Shown here: positions 18,805 to 28,071 of the stretch, in pieces
Layout of the letters: each line of letters starts with the position of its first letter
Position numbering within the stretch: the first letter of the stretch is position 1
Source: a virus
Lineage: Duplodnaviria; Caudoviricetes
Direction: 5' to 3' (one strand)
Length of the DNA stretch: 64,000 nucleotides
IMG/VR virus record: IMGVR_UViG_2061766007_000959
Notes under the pieces: model-generated
What the model was told of the DNA's origin: nothing
Seen by the model: only the letters and a program-made list of their open reading frames with translations
Database searches by the model: none
Made by a program: the position numbers and the translations under genes

Positions 18805-20058
18805 ATGAGTGCGAACAAATCAGACCTTGAATACCAATGGCGTTTGACATCCACATTGTTGAACACCGAAACACAACAACGTCTTCTTAAACCCACGGGA
18901 CGTAACAACGAATACAAGAAATCCGACTACATAGCCGCGTTATCCAAAACGAACGCGTACAAACAACACGGTCACACACTATCGACAGACCTGTCCGCCG
19001 CAGACATTTGGAACGCGCTCACACCGTCGGAACGATTCCGTCTGTCATTCCACACACCGTGCCTCGCACGCCCCATCGACGACCTTAACCAATCGGAACA
19101 ACACGACATATACACGAACCCCGATTGGGTGTTCACCGAGAAACACCGTGGAATACGCGCCGTCCTGATTGTAAACAACAACGTCACGAACATCTATTCA
19201 CGCAACTACGCTGACGACGGTTCACTAATCGACTACGCCAAACGCATAAGCCAACATCCGACATACGACGGCACATACGCGGTTGATGTCATGATTACAC
19301 TGTCAGAACCGTTCGACATCACGGACGATTTAAGAAACCACAGCATCACGGCGGAATCACGCCCCGAACAAATCCTGGGTCTTATGTGTGTTGACACACC
19401 CGTCGCAATCGGACTACAGAACACTGCGAAACAACAATACGGAATAGATTTGATAACGTTCCGTCTAATCCACCCGTTATACCTGAACGGTATCAACTAC
19501 CTTAAACACCCGCTCGGTGACGGAATGGACGTGTACGACGAAACAATCCGCATCGGACAACAAATCGGTCTTAACATACAACCCGTACAACGTTGCAATG
19601 CGAAAACCGAAGCCGAGAAACGGGTCTTCCTTAAATCCATACTCGACAACAACGGGGACGGCGTGGTCGCACAAAACCGCAACGGGGTGTACGATACCAC
19701 GGACAGGCGTAACAAATCGTCCTATGTCAAAATAAAACGCATCACCGACGACCGTATGGGCGACACCATAGACGCGTTCCTGACGGGGGTGGAAAACGGG
19801 AACATAATCCTTTCAATATACGAGGAACGTGACGGACAACGGTTCAGGCGCACCATCGCTAAAATCAAAACCCCGAAACGCGTCGAATCAGAACTGTACG
19901 CGGGCGCGGTTATCGAACTGACGGGAAGCGGGATAAACGCGTCGGGAATGATTGTACGACCCAAATTCGTTAAAATGCGGCACGACAAACTTTATAACAA
20001 CTGCGTATATACGACGGAATTTTTACGGGCACAAAGAAATGTCGGGTTTCATTATTGA
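18805..20058 (+). CDS. ATP-dependent DNA ligase-like protein with degenerate active site
   Basis: Motif I EKHRGIR, motif IV DGVVAQ, motif V YVKIK, OB-fold end RPKFVKMRHDK. Confidence 0.75.
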   Translation: MSANKSDLEYQWRLTSTLLNTETQQRLLKPTGRNNEYKKSDYIAALSKTNAYKQHGHTLSTDLSAADIWNALTPSERFRLSFHTPCLARPIDDLNQSEQHDIYTNPDWVFTEKHRGIRAVLIVNNNVTNIYSRNYADDGSLIDYAKRISQHPTYDGTYAVDVMITLSEPFDITDDLRNHSITAESRPEQILGLMCVDTPVAIGLQNTAKQQYGIDLITFRLIHPLYLNGINYLKHPLGDGMDVYDETIRIGQQIGLNIQPVQRCNAKTEAEKRVFLKSILDNNGDGVVAQNRNGVYDTTDRRNKSSYVKIKRITDDRMGDTIDAFLTGVENGNIILSIYEERDGQRFRRTIAKIKTPKRVESELYAGAVIELTGSGINASGMIVRPKFVKMRHDKLYNNCVYTTEFLRAQRNVGFHY

Positions 20059-20143
20059 TTTGGATAACCAATATTGGAATCCCAAAAACGGGAAACCAAT
20101 AAATTGATTTGGATATATGAAAAACAATGTATATGTTTGCAGT

Positions 20144-20320
20144 GTTCAAAGGTTAAATGGTGGCGACGAAACCACCGACACATAAACGTATCGGTTTTTT
20201 TTATTGCCATTACATTTGAATTTACAAAAACGTGTTGTAAGTGTACGGGATTCGGTGACGACCCGTGAAAGTATAGACCATTTAACTTTTGAACGGCACT
20301 TATGTAACACGTTTTTTTTT
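20144..20320 (+). promoter_or_regulatory. Structured RNA leader upstream of the antirepressor
   Basis: Two interleaved long-range helices, a T run and an upstream TAnnTTTG box. Confidence 0.55.
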
Positions 20321-20346
20321 GTTTAACGTTCTAAAAATTAAATGGT

Positions 20347-21219
20347 ATGAACGAACAAATCAAAATTTTCGAGAACCCGCAATTCGGTAAAATCCGAACA
20401 TCGGGTACACCTGACGAACCGTTGTTTTGTCTTGCGGATGTGTGTAAGGTGTTAGACCTTCAACCAAGTAGGGTCAAAGACCGTTTGAGTTGTGGGGTTA
20501 TTTCAAGTAACCCCATCGTCGATTCACTTGGAAGACAACAATTTGCGACATTCATCAACGAAGACGGTTTGTACGATGTCATTTTGGATAGCCGTAAACC
20601 CGAAGCGAAGGCGTTCCGCAAATGGGTCACATCGGAAATATTGCCGTCAATTCGCAAACACGGCGGTTACATCGCCACGACCCCCGACGATACGCCCGAA
20701 TTGATTATGGCACGCGCGTTGAAAATAGCCGACGCGACAATCAGGAAACACGAACAGGAATTGGCGGCGGCGCGTGAACAACTGTCAATCGCCGAACATA
20801 CGGTTGAAAAACAGAACCAGCAATTGACGGAACAAAAACCAAAGGTGGAATTTTATGACGCGGTTACGAAATCCGACGACACACTGTCGGTGGAATACGC
20901 CGCGAAGATTATCAACAAAAAAGTCATCGGTGTCCCCAATTTCGGTCGCAACAAACTGTTCAGTATATTACGCGAAACCGAAATCCTGTTCGGAAAGGGA
21001 CGCAATATCCGCCCGTATCAAAAGTATATCGATTCGGGTTATTTCAAACTGTTGGAATACGCGTATGAGGACAAAAGGGGTGTCGGACGCGTCGGTGTGA
21101 TGATTCGCGTGACACAAAAGGGTTTGGCGTACATAATCAAAACCATCAAAAAATACTACAACGACAAACGTGAATCCGAACAACAAAACAAACCGATTCA
21201 ATTACATTTAGGCATTTAA
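20347..21219 (+). CDS. BRO-N / ANT (KilA-C) phage antirepressor
   Basis: FENPQFGKIR, FCLADVCKVL, SRKPEAKAFRKWVTSEILPSIRKHGGY, KPKVEFYD, GRNKLF, VTQKG. Confidence 0.9.
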   Translation: MNEQIKIFENPQFGKIRTSGTPDEPLFCLADVCKVLDLQPSRVKDRLSCGVISSNPIVDSLGRQQFATFINEDGLYDVILDSRKPEAKAFRKWVTSEILPSIRKHGGYIATTPDDTPELIMARALKIADATIRKHEQELAAAREQLSIAEHTVEKQNQQLTEQKPKVEFYDAVTKSDDTLSVEYAAKIINKKVIGVPNFGRNKLFSILRETEILFGKGRNIRPYQKYIDSGYFKLLEYAYEDKRGVGRVGVMIRVTQKGLAYIIKTIKKYYNDKRESEQQNKPIQLHLGI

Positions 21220-21229
21220 TCGGTACAAC

Positions 21230-21253
21230 GTAACAAAACAATTATTACATTTG
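21230..21253 (+). promoter_or_regulatory. Palindromic operator plus -7 promoter box
   Basis: gtaaca-N7-tattac atttg. Confidence 0.7.
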
Positions 21254-21277
21254 CACCCGATAACAACAATATGATTT

Positions 21278-22447
21278 ATGTCAGTAAACATCAAAGTACA
21301 TAATTTCCAATCGATTACGGATGCGGACATCACCGTGGACGGGTTCACCATTCTTGTCGGTGAATCGTCACAGGGCAAATCCGCGTGCATGCGTGCCGTG
21401 AACGCCGCGTGCAACAACCGATTCAAACAGGGATTTCTGAAATACGGGACGGATGAAATGCGAATCGACATCAAATATTCCGACGACGACCGCACATTAT
21501 CCGTGACGAAGACTAAAAAGGATTCCCCGACGTACCAACTTGGTGACACCGTGTACCAAAAACTGAACCGCACCGTCCCGCCCGAAATAGACGATTTCAA
21601 CGGGTTCGGGGTTATTGACAACTACGAACAAAAATACCAATTAAACTTTTTCACACAGTTCAGTAAACCGTTGTTGTTGGAGTTTTCACAGAAACGCATT
21701 CTTGAGATTCTTTCATCGTCAAAGGCGTTCGACGACATGAACGATGCGGTTTCCAAACTGAACAAAAAGAAAGAACAGAACAACGGCGCGTTCAAACAAC
21801 TGTCACAGATGATAACGGACAACAAGACACAATTGTCGTCGTTATCGGAACGGGAATCCGCGATACACGATAACATCGCCACGGTCGCCGAACACATGGA
21901 ACGCCTGAAGGAACGCGAGAAACAAACGCAGACGGTCGAAGAATTGTCGGGGTTGGAAAACGCACGTCGGGAAACCGAAACACGGATTAAGGATTTGAAA
22001 ATCGTCATCGCGCATTGCGAACAAATTTCGGACGTGAAAGATGAAATCAAACGTTTGGACGAATTGAACGGTTACGTCACCGAACAAACGGAATCCGAGA
22101 AACGCCAAGAAAACACCCAGAAACGAATATCACTGTGTGAACGGTATATTTCCCTATCCGAACGGAAAAAGTCCAACAGAACGGATTTAATCACGGAATT
22201 GGAAAACCTTATCACGGAATCCCGTTCCGCGCAACCACGGATAAAACGGTTGTCCGAAACGGTCAAAACCGCCGAACGATGCGTCAACCTGACCCGACGC
22301 GTGAACGAAACGTCCGACGGGATAAACCGACTTACGCGCCTGTCCGAACTGATGGACGCGTGCCGAACCGCGCAAAAGACGATACGTGAAAAACAAAACA
22401 TGATAGACAACCACATCTGCCCCGTATGCGGGAACAAAATGGTGTGA
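21278..22447 (+). CDS. Rad50/SbcC N-terminal half (Walker A, coiled coil, Zn hook)
   Basis: NFQSI, GESSQGKS, Q-loop FTQF, coiled coil, C-terminal CPVCG. Confidence 0.85.
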   Translation: MSVNIKVHNFQSITDADITVDGFTILVGESSQGKSACMRAVNAACNNRFKQGFLKYGTDEMRIDIKYSDDDRTLSVTKTKKDSPTYQLGDTVYQKLNRTVPPEIDDFNGFGVIDNYEQKYQLNFFTQFSKPLLLEFSQKRILEILSSSKAFDDMNDAVSKLNKKKEQNNGAFKQLSQMITDNKTQLSSLSERESAIHDNIATVAEHMERLKEREKQTQTVEELSGLENARRETETRIKDLKIVIAHCEQISDVKDEIKRLDELNGYVTEQTESEKRQENTQKRISLCERYISLSERKKSNRTDLITELENLITESRSAQPRIKRLSETVKTAERCVNLTRRVNETSDGINRLTRLSELMDACRTAQKTIREKQNMIDNHICPVCGNKMV

Positions 22448-22502
22448 TTACGATTTGAAAGCAAAAACAACAATTCAATAACAATTTAAAAGTGAAAACA
22501 CG

Positions 22503-22739
22503 ATGGACGTTGAAAAAATCTACAAAGACACGAAAGCGGAATTGGAACGCCTGAACACGGAACAGGCAATCCGCGTTGAGAAAATCAAAACCCTGGCGGC
22601 GGAGTTCGGTTTCACGGTTGACGGCACACTGTCAACCAACGTGTCCGCGAAACGCGCGGAATTGGAACAGGAAAAAGCCGAATTGGAATCCGAACTTCAA
22701 TCCGTATTACTCGAACTTGAAAAAACGCAGACTGAATGA
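22503..22739 (+). CDS. Coiled-coil protein, probable middle piece of the split Rad50
   Basis: Heptad-rich; lies between the two ATPase halves. Confidence 0.55.
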   Translation: MDVEKIYKDTKAELERLNTEQAIRVEKIKTLAAEFGFTVDGTLSTNVSAKRAELEQEKAELESELQSVLLELEKTQTE

Positions 22740-23332
22740 ACCCCGAACTTGAACGACGCGCCAACGCGCAACTGTTACGTCATAACGAACTGACGAACGA
22801 CATACGCCGCGTCCAATCCGTCATCGACAACGCGGAACAATCCCTCGTCGGGATAAACCGCGAACGGGAATTGATAGAACGTTCCCTGTTGGCTTTGAAA
22901 CAGGTGCGCCCGTTACTGTCAGGTTCGTCGATAAAGGAATGTGAGGAATTGGCGAACGCCGCGATACGGTCGATATTCAATTTCGATTACACGGTGGAAT
23001 ACGACATGGAATCCAACCGATTCGTCCTGAACAAAGGCGACTATTCGACGGATTTGTCGGAAGCCGAGGGCGGCGGAATAATAACCGTCATATCGTTTGT
23101 GTTCCTTGTTTATCTGATAGTGAAACTGAACCGACGCAGAATCATTTTCTTGGACGAAGCGTTCACACAGGTGTCGGATTCCTATTTCGGGGCGTTCATC
23201 GGGTTCGTGAACGAACTGTGCGGTGATTTGGGTTTCGACCTGTTGTTGGTGTCACACGACCAACGCATAACGGCGGACGACGTTCGGCATGTTTACCAAA
23301 TCGCGGACGGGAAATCGAAACGGGTGAAGTAA
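22736..23332 (+). CDS. Rad50/SbcC C-terminal ATPase half
   Basis: Signature-like AEGGG, Walker B IIFLDEAF, H-loop VSHD. Confidence 0.85.
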   Translation: MNPELERRANAQLLRHNELTNDIRRVQSVIDNAEQSLVGINRERELIERSLLALKQVRPLLSGSSIKECEELANAAIRSIFNFDYTVEYDMESNRFVLNKGDYSTDLSEAEGGGIITVISFVFLVYLIVKLNRRRIIFLDEAFTQVSDSYFGAFIGFVNELCGDLGFDLLLVSHDQRITADDVRHVYQIADGKSKRVK

Positions 23333-23333
23333 T

Positions 23334-23442
23334 AAATTGAAAGTAAAAACGGGTGTTTTGATTACGATTTAAAACTTACACTTCGAGAATCGTTAATAAA
23401 AATTGAAAGCAAAACGGGGTGTTTTGATTACAAATTGAAAGT
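23334..23442. repeat. Degenerate ATTGAAAG-N-GGG-N-TTTT-N-TTAC repeats (further copies near 22450, 24961, 25027)
   Basis: aattgaaagtaaaaacgggtgttttgattac and aattgaaagcaaaacggggtgttttgattacaaattgaaag. Confidence 0.65.
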
Positions 23443-23637
23443 TCATATCGTTTTAGTTTAACAGTCAGGGCGGCGTTCGGTTGACAATCGGATGCCGCCC
23501 GTCATTTATATATACGCGCGAACCCCGTTGCACCCCAACCAAATGTAAATTTTTACCAAAATGTAAAATTTTCCACAAAATTGTTTGTTAATTAAATGTA
23601 AATTTTTACATTTGCCCCCGTCAAAAAACATTTGAAT

Positions 23638-23991
23638 ATGGAAAACAACAACAAAACGACCGAATACAACGGTTACACAATCGAACGCCGTTCGGACGGC
23701 AAGTTCAACGCCACGGGATTCCTGAAACAGTGGAATGTGTCGGCGGACGTGAAGAAACGGACAGACGTGTTCCTTCGCGCCGATTCCACCAAGACGTTCG
23801 TCAACGGCGGAGGTGAGGGTTACGACCCCGTGTCCGTGGTTTGCGAACGCAGGGAGAACACCCGTTCCACGTTAACGCTGTGGTTCGAGGAACAACTGTT
23901 CATGCTGTTCCTTATGTGGTTAGACCCCCGATACGGAATAGGGTTCATACGCGGGTTTGACAAGACGTTCGGTAACGGACATAATGTTTAA
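23638..23991 (+). CDS. KilA-N-like DNA-binding protein
   Basis: RRSDGKFNATGFLKQWN, LFLMWLDP. Confidence 0.7.
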   Translation: MENNNKTTEYNGYTIERRSDGKFNATGFLKQWNVSADVKKRTDVFLRADSTKTFVNGGGEGYDPVSVVCERRENTRSTLTLWFEEQLFMLFLMWLDPRYGIGFIRGFDKTFGNGHNV

Positions 23992-24009
23992 CAACAATAA
24001 AAAAGTATC

Positions 24010-24699
24010 ATGGAATTAAAAATCGAAAAAGACGAAAAGTTCGGCACAGTCCGAACGACAAAGGACAACGGCAACCCGAAACTCGAGGGTGATTTGCTTT
24101 ACTGTGTGGACGACATCTGTGACAAACTTGGTGTCGATATGGAATGGGCGTGCGACACGATGGGGCGCGGTTTCGTGTTCCCGTACACGTTCGACGGCGT
24201 GACGTTGAAATTCACAATCAAATACGCCATCGACAAACTGTTCGACACGTTGTGCGCGATGTCGTTGAACGGGAAATCCACAATCCCGATTGACTATGTT
24301 AAGGAATACGCGGTGTGGCTGTTCCGAATAGACGAACACGATTTGGTGATGTCGGTGACACCCGAACATGAGGTGTTCCTGACGGAAAACGACCTTATGA
24401 CCGTTTACGGAATCGAGGTGGTCATGTGCGACCCGAACGGGCGGAATATCGGCACGAGGGAACTTGACACGTTCGGTGACAAAGAAACCGCGCACACGTT
24501 CCTGCGCGAATACAGCAAACGCGTCACGGGTTGGGTGTTGGAACAAAACAAGTTCGACGACGGCGTGTCGCTTCATCGGTACAACCCCGACGGGACGGCG
24601 ACGCGTATGTTGGTCAAACCGAAAGCCGTGTTCAAAAGTTGGGACGCGTACATAAACAAATATTCCGATATGATAAGGATATGTGATTTAAAATTTTAG
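24010..24699 (+). CDS. Diverged BRO-N-like protein
   Basis: EKFGTVRT...YCVDDICDKLG. Confidence 0.5.
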   Translation: MELKIEKDEKFGTVRTTKDNGNPKLEGDLLYCVDDICDKLGVDMEWACDTMGRGFVFPYTFDGVTLKFTIKYAIDKLFDTLCAMSLNGKSTIPIDYVKEYAVWLFRIDEHDLVMSVTPEHEVFLTENDLMTVYGIEVVMCDPNGRNIGTRELDTFGDKETAHTFLREYSKRVTGWVLEQNKFDDGVSLHRYNPDGTATRMLVKPKAVFKSWDAYINKYSDMIRICDLKF

Positions 24700-24749
24700 G
24701 AATCATGTGACATTTAATTAATAACTACTAACTCAAATCTTTTTTAAAA

Positions 24750-24947
24750 ATGAAACGATTGTTACTAACCATTATCCTGATTGCGGCGGTGTCCGTGGCA
24801 TCGGGAGCGTGTTGCGGGACGGCGACTGCGGCTGACCGACCCAACACGAAGGCGGTGAAAACCGCAAAGCAAAAACACGCGTCGGCGTACAAACCGTGTA
24901 CGGGTTCGAGGTGCGCAATCCCGAAACGGAAACACGCCAAGCGGTGA
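24750..24947 (+). CDS. Small secreted or membrane basic protein
   Basis: Signal-peptide-like MKRLLLTIILIAAVSVASG. Confidence 0.5.
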   Translation: MKRLLLTIILIAAVSVASGACCGTATAADRPNTKAVKTAKQKHASAYKPCTGSRCAIPKRKHAKR

Positions 24948-25070
24948 TTCAAAGTTACGGATTGAAAGTGAAACACGGGTTTTTACTTTCAATCCGTTTC
25001 ATTTTTCCAACAGGATGTTAATAAAAATTGAAAGCAAAATAGGGTATTTTACTTACAAATTGAAAGTACA

Positions 25071-25403
25071 ATGGATATGAAAGACAAATTCACGGTGTTC
25101 GGGACGGAATACACAATCAACGAAACGGAATCCCCGACCCCGCTCGAGGACGGGTCGTCGCAATACGCCGTGTGCAAAAGCCAGGAATACACGGTCGAAT
25201 TGACGCGGACGACGGTTGAGGGGAAACCGATACCGACAAGCGAACGTGAAAAAATGTTGGTGCATGAAATTATGCACGCGATATTGAACGAGGGCGCGTA
25301 CACGGACGAATCCAACAACGAACGGTTGGTGGAATGGTTGGCGCGTAACGTGTACGACATATTCGTGATACAGGACATTCTTAACAAACAGTCACACGTA
25401 TGA
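25071..25403 (+). CDS. Small zincin-like metallopeptidase
   Basis: LVHEIMHAIL (HExxH) with downstream NERLVE. Confidence 0.65.
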   Translation: MDMKDKFTVFGTEYTINETESPTPLEDGSSQYAVCKSQEYTVELTRTTVEGKPIPTSEREKMLVHEIMHAILNEGAYTDESNNERLVEWLARNVYDIFVIQDILNKQSHV

Positions 25404-25566
25404 ACGCAAAAGCCTTTTTTGATTTGGTTTCCGACATGCGGAAACTCCAACGGGAATATTTCGCAACCCGCGACACCTGTGTCTTGACCGCATCCAAACG
25501 CGTCGAAAAACAGGTTGACGACGAAATCGAACGCGTGAACAAAATTTTGGAACAACATGGTACAAC

Positions 25567-25590
25567 GTAATAAAACTATTATTACATTTG
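25567..25590 (+). promoter_or_regulatory. Perfect palindromic operator GTAATA-N7-TATTAC plus -7 box
   Basis: gtaata aaactat tattac atttg. Confidence 0.7.
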
Positions 25591-25622
25591 CCGACGTTTA
25601 ATCACAAAAAAACAACAAAGCA

Positions 25623-25922
25623 ATGGAAAAGAACAAGACATTCGATTTGGTGAAATCGATATTGGAAAACGACCCCGACACACGGGATGACGATTTCGCC
25701 CTGATTTACAAAGTGGCGGAACATTATGGTTTGGAAGATTGTTCGTTCGGATATGCGTTGAAGTGTTGGAAGACGGAAAGGATGCCGTCGTTCGAGGCTA
25801 TCACCCGCGCACGGCGCAAGGTTCAGGAATTGAACCCGTCGCTGTGTTCCGAGGAACGTATCGCGGAAATGCGCCGCAAACAGGAAAGGAAGTATCACGA
25901 TTTTTATTCGGCGAACAAATGA
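25623..25922 (+). CDS. Conserved phage protein (ILExxPxTRDDD...EAITRARRKVQE)
   Basis: Recognisable small phage family motif. Confidence 0.7.
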   Translation: MEKNKTFDLVKSILENDPDTRDDDFALIYKVAEHYGLEDCSFGYALKCWKTERMPSFEAITRARRKVQELNPSLCSEERIAEMRRKQERKYHDFYSANK

Positions 25923-26782
25923 CGAAATTCGTATTCATAACCGATTTGCACATAACGTCCGTGTGCAACGTCCGAACGGGCGACGTGTTGGACGACATAT
26001 GTAAGAAACTTGATTATGTCGTCGGGTACGCGAACGACAACGGCATGCCGATTGTGATTGGTGGTGACGTGTTTGACAAACCCACCGTCCCCGATTTCGT
26101 GAAAGCGGCTGTCGGGCGCGTGTTCAGAAAAGCCGTGAACCCGATATACACGATAAACGGAAACCACGACACACTGTACAACAACGACGAGTTCAACGTC
26201 AGAACGTCATACAACCTTTTCTGTGAAATGGGTTTGTTCACCGATTTCACGGGCGGACGTGTCTTGGGGGGTTGTGTCCTGACGAACGAATTACCCCTTA
26301 AAACGAACGGGAAACCGACGGTGTGTGTGTACCACGGTTTTTGGAACATCGACGACGGACGATGGTGTTGTAAGACGGATGATGTCGTCGGGACGGCGGA
26401 CGAAACGTTGGTGTTGTTGGGACACGACCATACCGTGTACGCTGACGAAATGGTCGGTGAAAACATACGTGTCGTGCGCCCAGGGTCTTTTCTGCGGGGG
26501 ATTCGTATCGACGAACAGAACAGAACACCGATGATGGCGGTTTGTTCGTTGGTTGACGGGAAATGGGTCGTGGAATACGAACCGATAAAATGCCGTCCCG
26601 CGTCGGAGATATTCACGGCGAAACAGTACGCGATGAAGGCGACCGAGGTTCGGGATTCGTATGCGGACATTATCGAACGTTTGAAAACCGCGCGGACGGG
26701 TGAAATGACGTTGGAGGACGCGTTAAAGGAAGTGACTGAACAGGAAATAGTGGATTACATAAACTTATGTTTGGGGGAATAG
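25919..26782 (+). CDS. Mre11/SbcD-like metallophosphoesterase nuclease
   Basis: TDLH, GGDVFD, GNHD, YHG, GHDH, PGS motifs; ATG at 25919 overlaps the upstream stop. Confidence 0.88.
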   Translation: MTKFVFITDLHITSVCNVRTGDVLDDICKKLDYVVGYANDNGMPIVIGGDVFDKPTVPDFVKAAVGRVFRKAVNPIYTINGNHDTLYNNDEFNVRTSYNLFCEMGLFTDFTGGRVLGGCVLTNELPLKTNGKPTVCVYHGFWNIDDGRWCCKTDDVVGTADETLVLLGHDHTVYADEMVGENIRVVRPGSFLRGIRIDEQNRTPMMAVCSLVDGKWVVEYEPIKCRPASEIFTAKQYAMKATEVRDSYADIIERLKTARTGEMTLEDALKEVTEQEIVDYINLCLGE

Positions 26783-26785
26783 ACT

Positions 26786-27031
26786 ATGGGACACGTATTA
26801 AATGAAACCAAAGCAAGAGAGATAGCAAAGTCAAATGGTATCAACTATAAAAATCATTCAAAGTATGAAGATGATATGGATTCTACGTTAGAATGTTATA
26901 AATCCGCACTTGAAGCGATGGATTGGAAAGATGAGCAAGAAATTGAGTTTCTGCAAAGCCTTATGTTCCACGCAACGTATTATATCGTTGATAGAATCAA
27001 CGAAAGGATAAAATTATTGAAAGGAGAATAG
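26786..27031 (+). CDS. Small phage protein, AMxWKDE family
   Basis: Paralogs at 27421 and 38409; ends KGE*. Confidence 0.7.
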   Translation: MGHVLNETKAREIAKSNGINYKNHSKYEDDMDSTLECYKSALEAMDWKDEQEIEFLQSLMFHATYYIVDRINERIKLLKGE

Positions 27032-27135
27032 AACTATGAACAACAAACACAATAAAATCATACCAACGCAACAAGACGTATTTAAAATTAAATATGCTGC
27101 ACACCAATGGTATCAAATAAAAAGGAGAATAAACT

Positions 27136-27408
27136 ATGGCACAATACATTGACAAAGCCGCTTTGGTGGCGGAGATAGAGAGAAGAATCAAAAGCATACT
27201 TGAATTGATACATCCAAATGGCTATGACGAAGCGGCATTGCAGTTATATAAAGGATTGTTGTCTTTCACCAACTCCCTTGAAGTGAAAGAACCAACCGCT
27301 TCCGATAGAGGGATTGCGGAAGAAATCATCACGAACCTAAAGCGTGTTGAGCAGGACTATCACATCGACCTTACAAGAGAAATGGAATGGATAAGGAATA
27401 AAGTATAA
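27136..27408 (+). CDS. IDKxALVAEI family protein
   Basis: Paralog of 6066. Confidence 0.7.
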   Translation: MAQYIDKAALVAEIERRIKSILELIHPNGYDEAALQLYKGLLSFTNSLEVKEPTASDRGIAEEIITNLKRVEQDYHIDLTREMEWIRNKV

Positions 27409-27420
27409 AAAAATAGGACT

Positions 27421-27684
27421 ATGGAACACGTATCAAACAAAGGTAAAGCAAAGGAGATTTGCGGTTGTGGTAATTGTTATTACAATTTGGAAGGAATCGA
27501 ATGCCTAAAGGATAATGGAATATTATGTTGTTTGAAACCTTGTTTAAAAGACACATTGCAAGCAATGCAATGGAAAGACGAACAGGAAATCGAGTTTTTG
27601 CAAAGTCTTATGTTCCAAGCGTCAACACAACAGGCATTGGGCATAATCATTAACAACCGAATAAAACTGTTGAAAGGGGAATAG
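27421..27684 (+). CDS. AMxWKDE family protein with Cys-rich insert
   Basis: C-terminal half nearly identical to 26786. Confidence 0.7.
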   Translation: MEHVSNKGKAKEICGCGNCYYNLEGIECLKDNGILCCLKPCLKDTLQAMQWKDEQEIEFLQSLMFQASTQQALGIIINNRIKLLKGE

Positions 27685-27858
27685 ACTATGGAATTAAAGG
27701 GTTTAGTAAAAATGGAAGTAAGACCTATTAAGTGTCCTTTGCAAAAAACTACGTGCGCAGGTTGCATATATCACGTTGACACCTATGTTGAAAAGGGAAA
27801 CGACGGGTTAACCGCAACAATATTGTGTGATTTCAATAATATGAAAGGGAAATGAGTT

Positions 27859-28068
27859 ATGAAAACAAATGAAGCACCCGAAAAGATTTATGTGAAAATA
27901 ATACACCCGTTTTCAGAGGAATATACCGAAATAATCGCCTTTGAAAATGGTAGTGGTATTGAGTACATCCGCACCGATGCCTTTATTGAAAAGGTTTGGG
28001 ATTGGCTCACTAATCAAAAGGGCGAACACACCAAAGAAGATTTTATTAAAGCAATGAAAGGAGAATGA
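27859..28068 (+). CDS. Small phage protein (APEKIY...EYIRTDAFIEK)
   Basis: Operon packing; ends KGE*. Confidence 0.65.
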   Translation: MKTNEAPEKIYVKIIHPFSEEYTEIIAFENGSGIEYIRTDAFIEKVWDWLTNQKGEHTKEDFIKAMKGE

Positions 28069-28071
28069 GAT

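Noticed and set aside
23334-23442. CRISPR array suggested by ATTGAAAG repeat ends
   Set aside because: Units are degenerate and partly abutting, with no regular repeat-spacer periodicity and no cas genes
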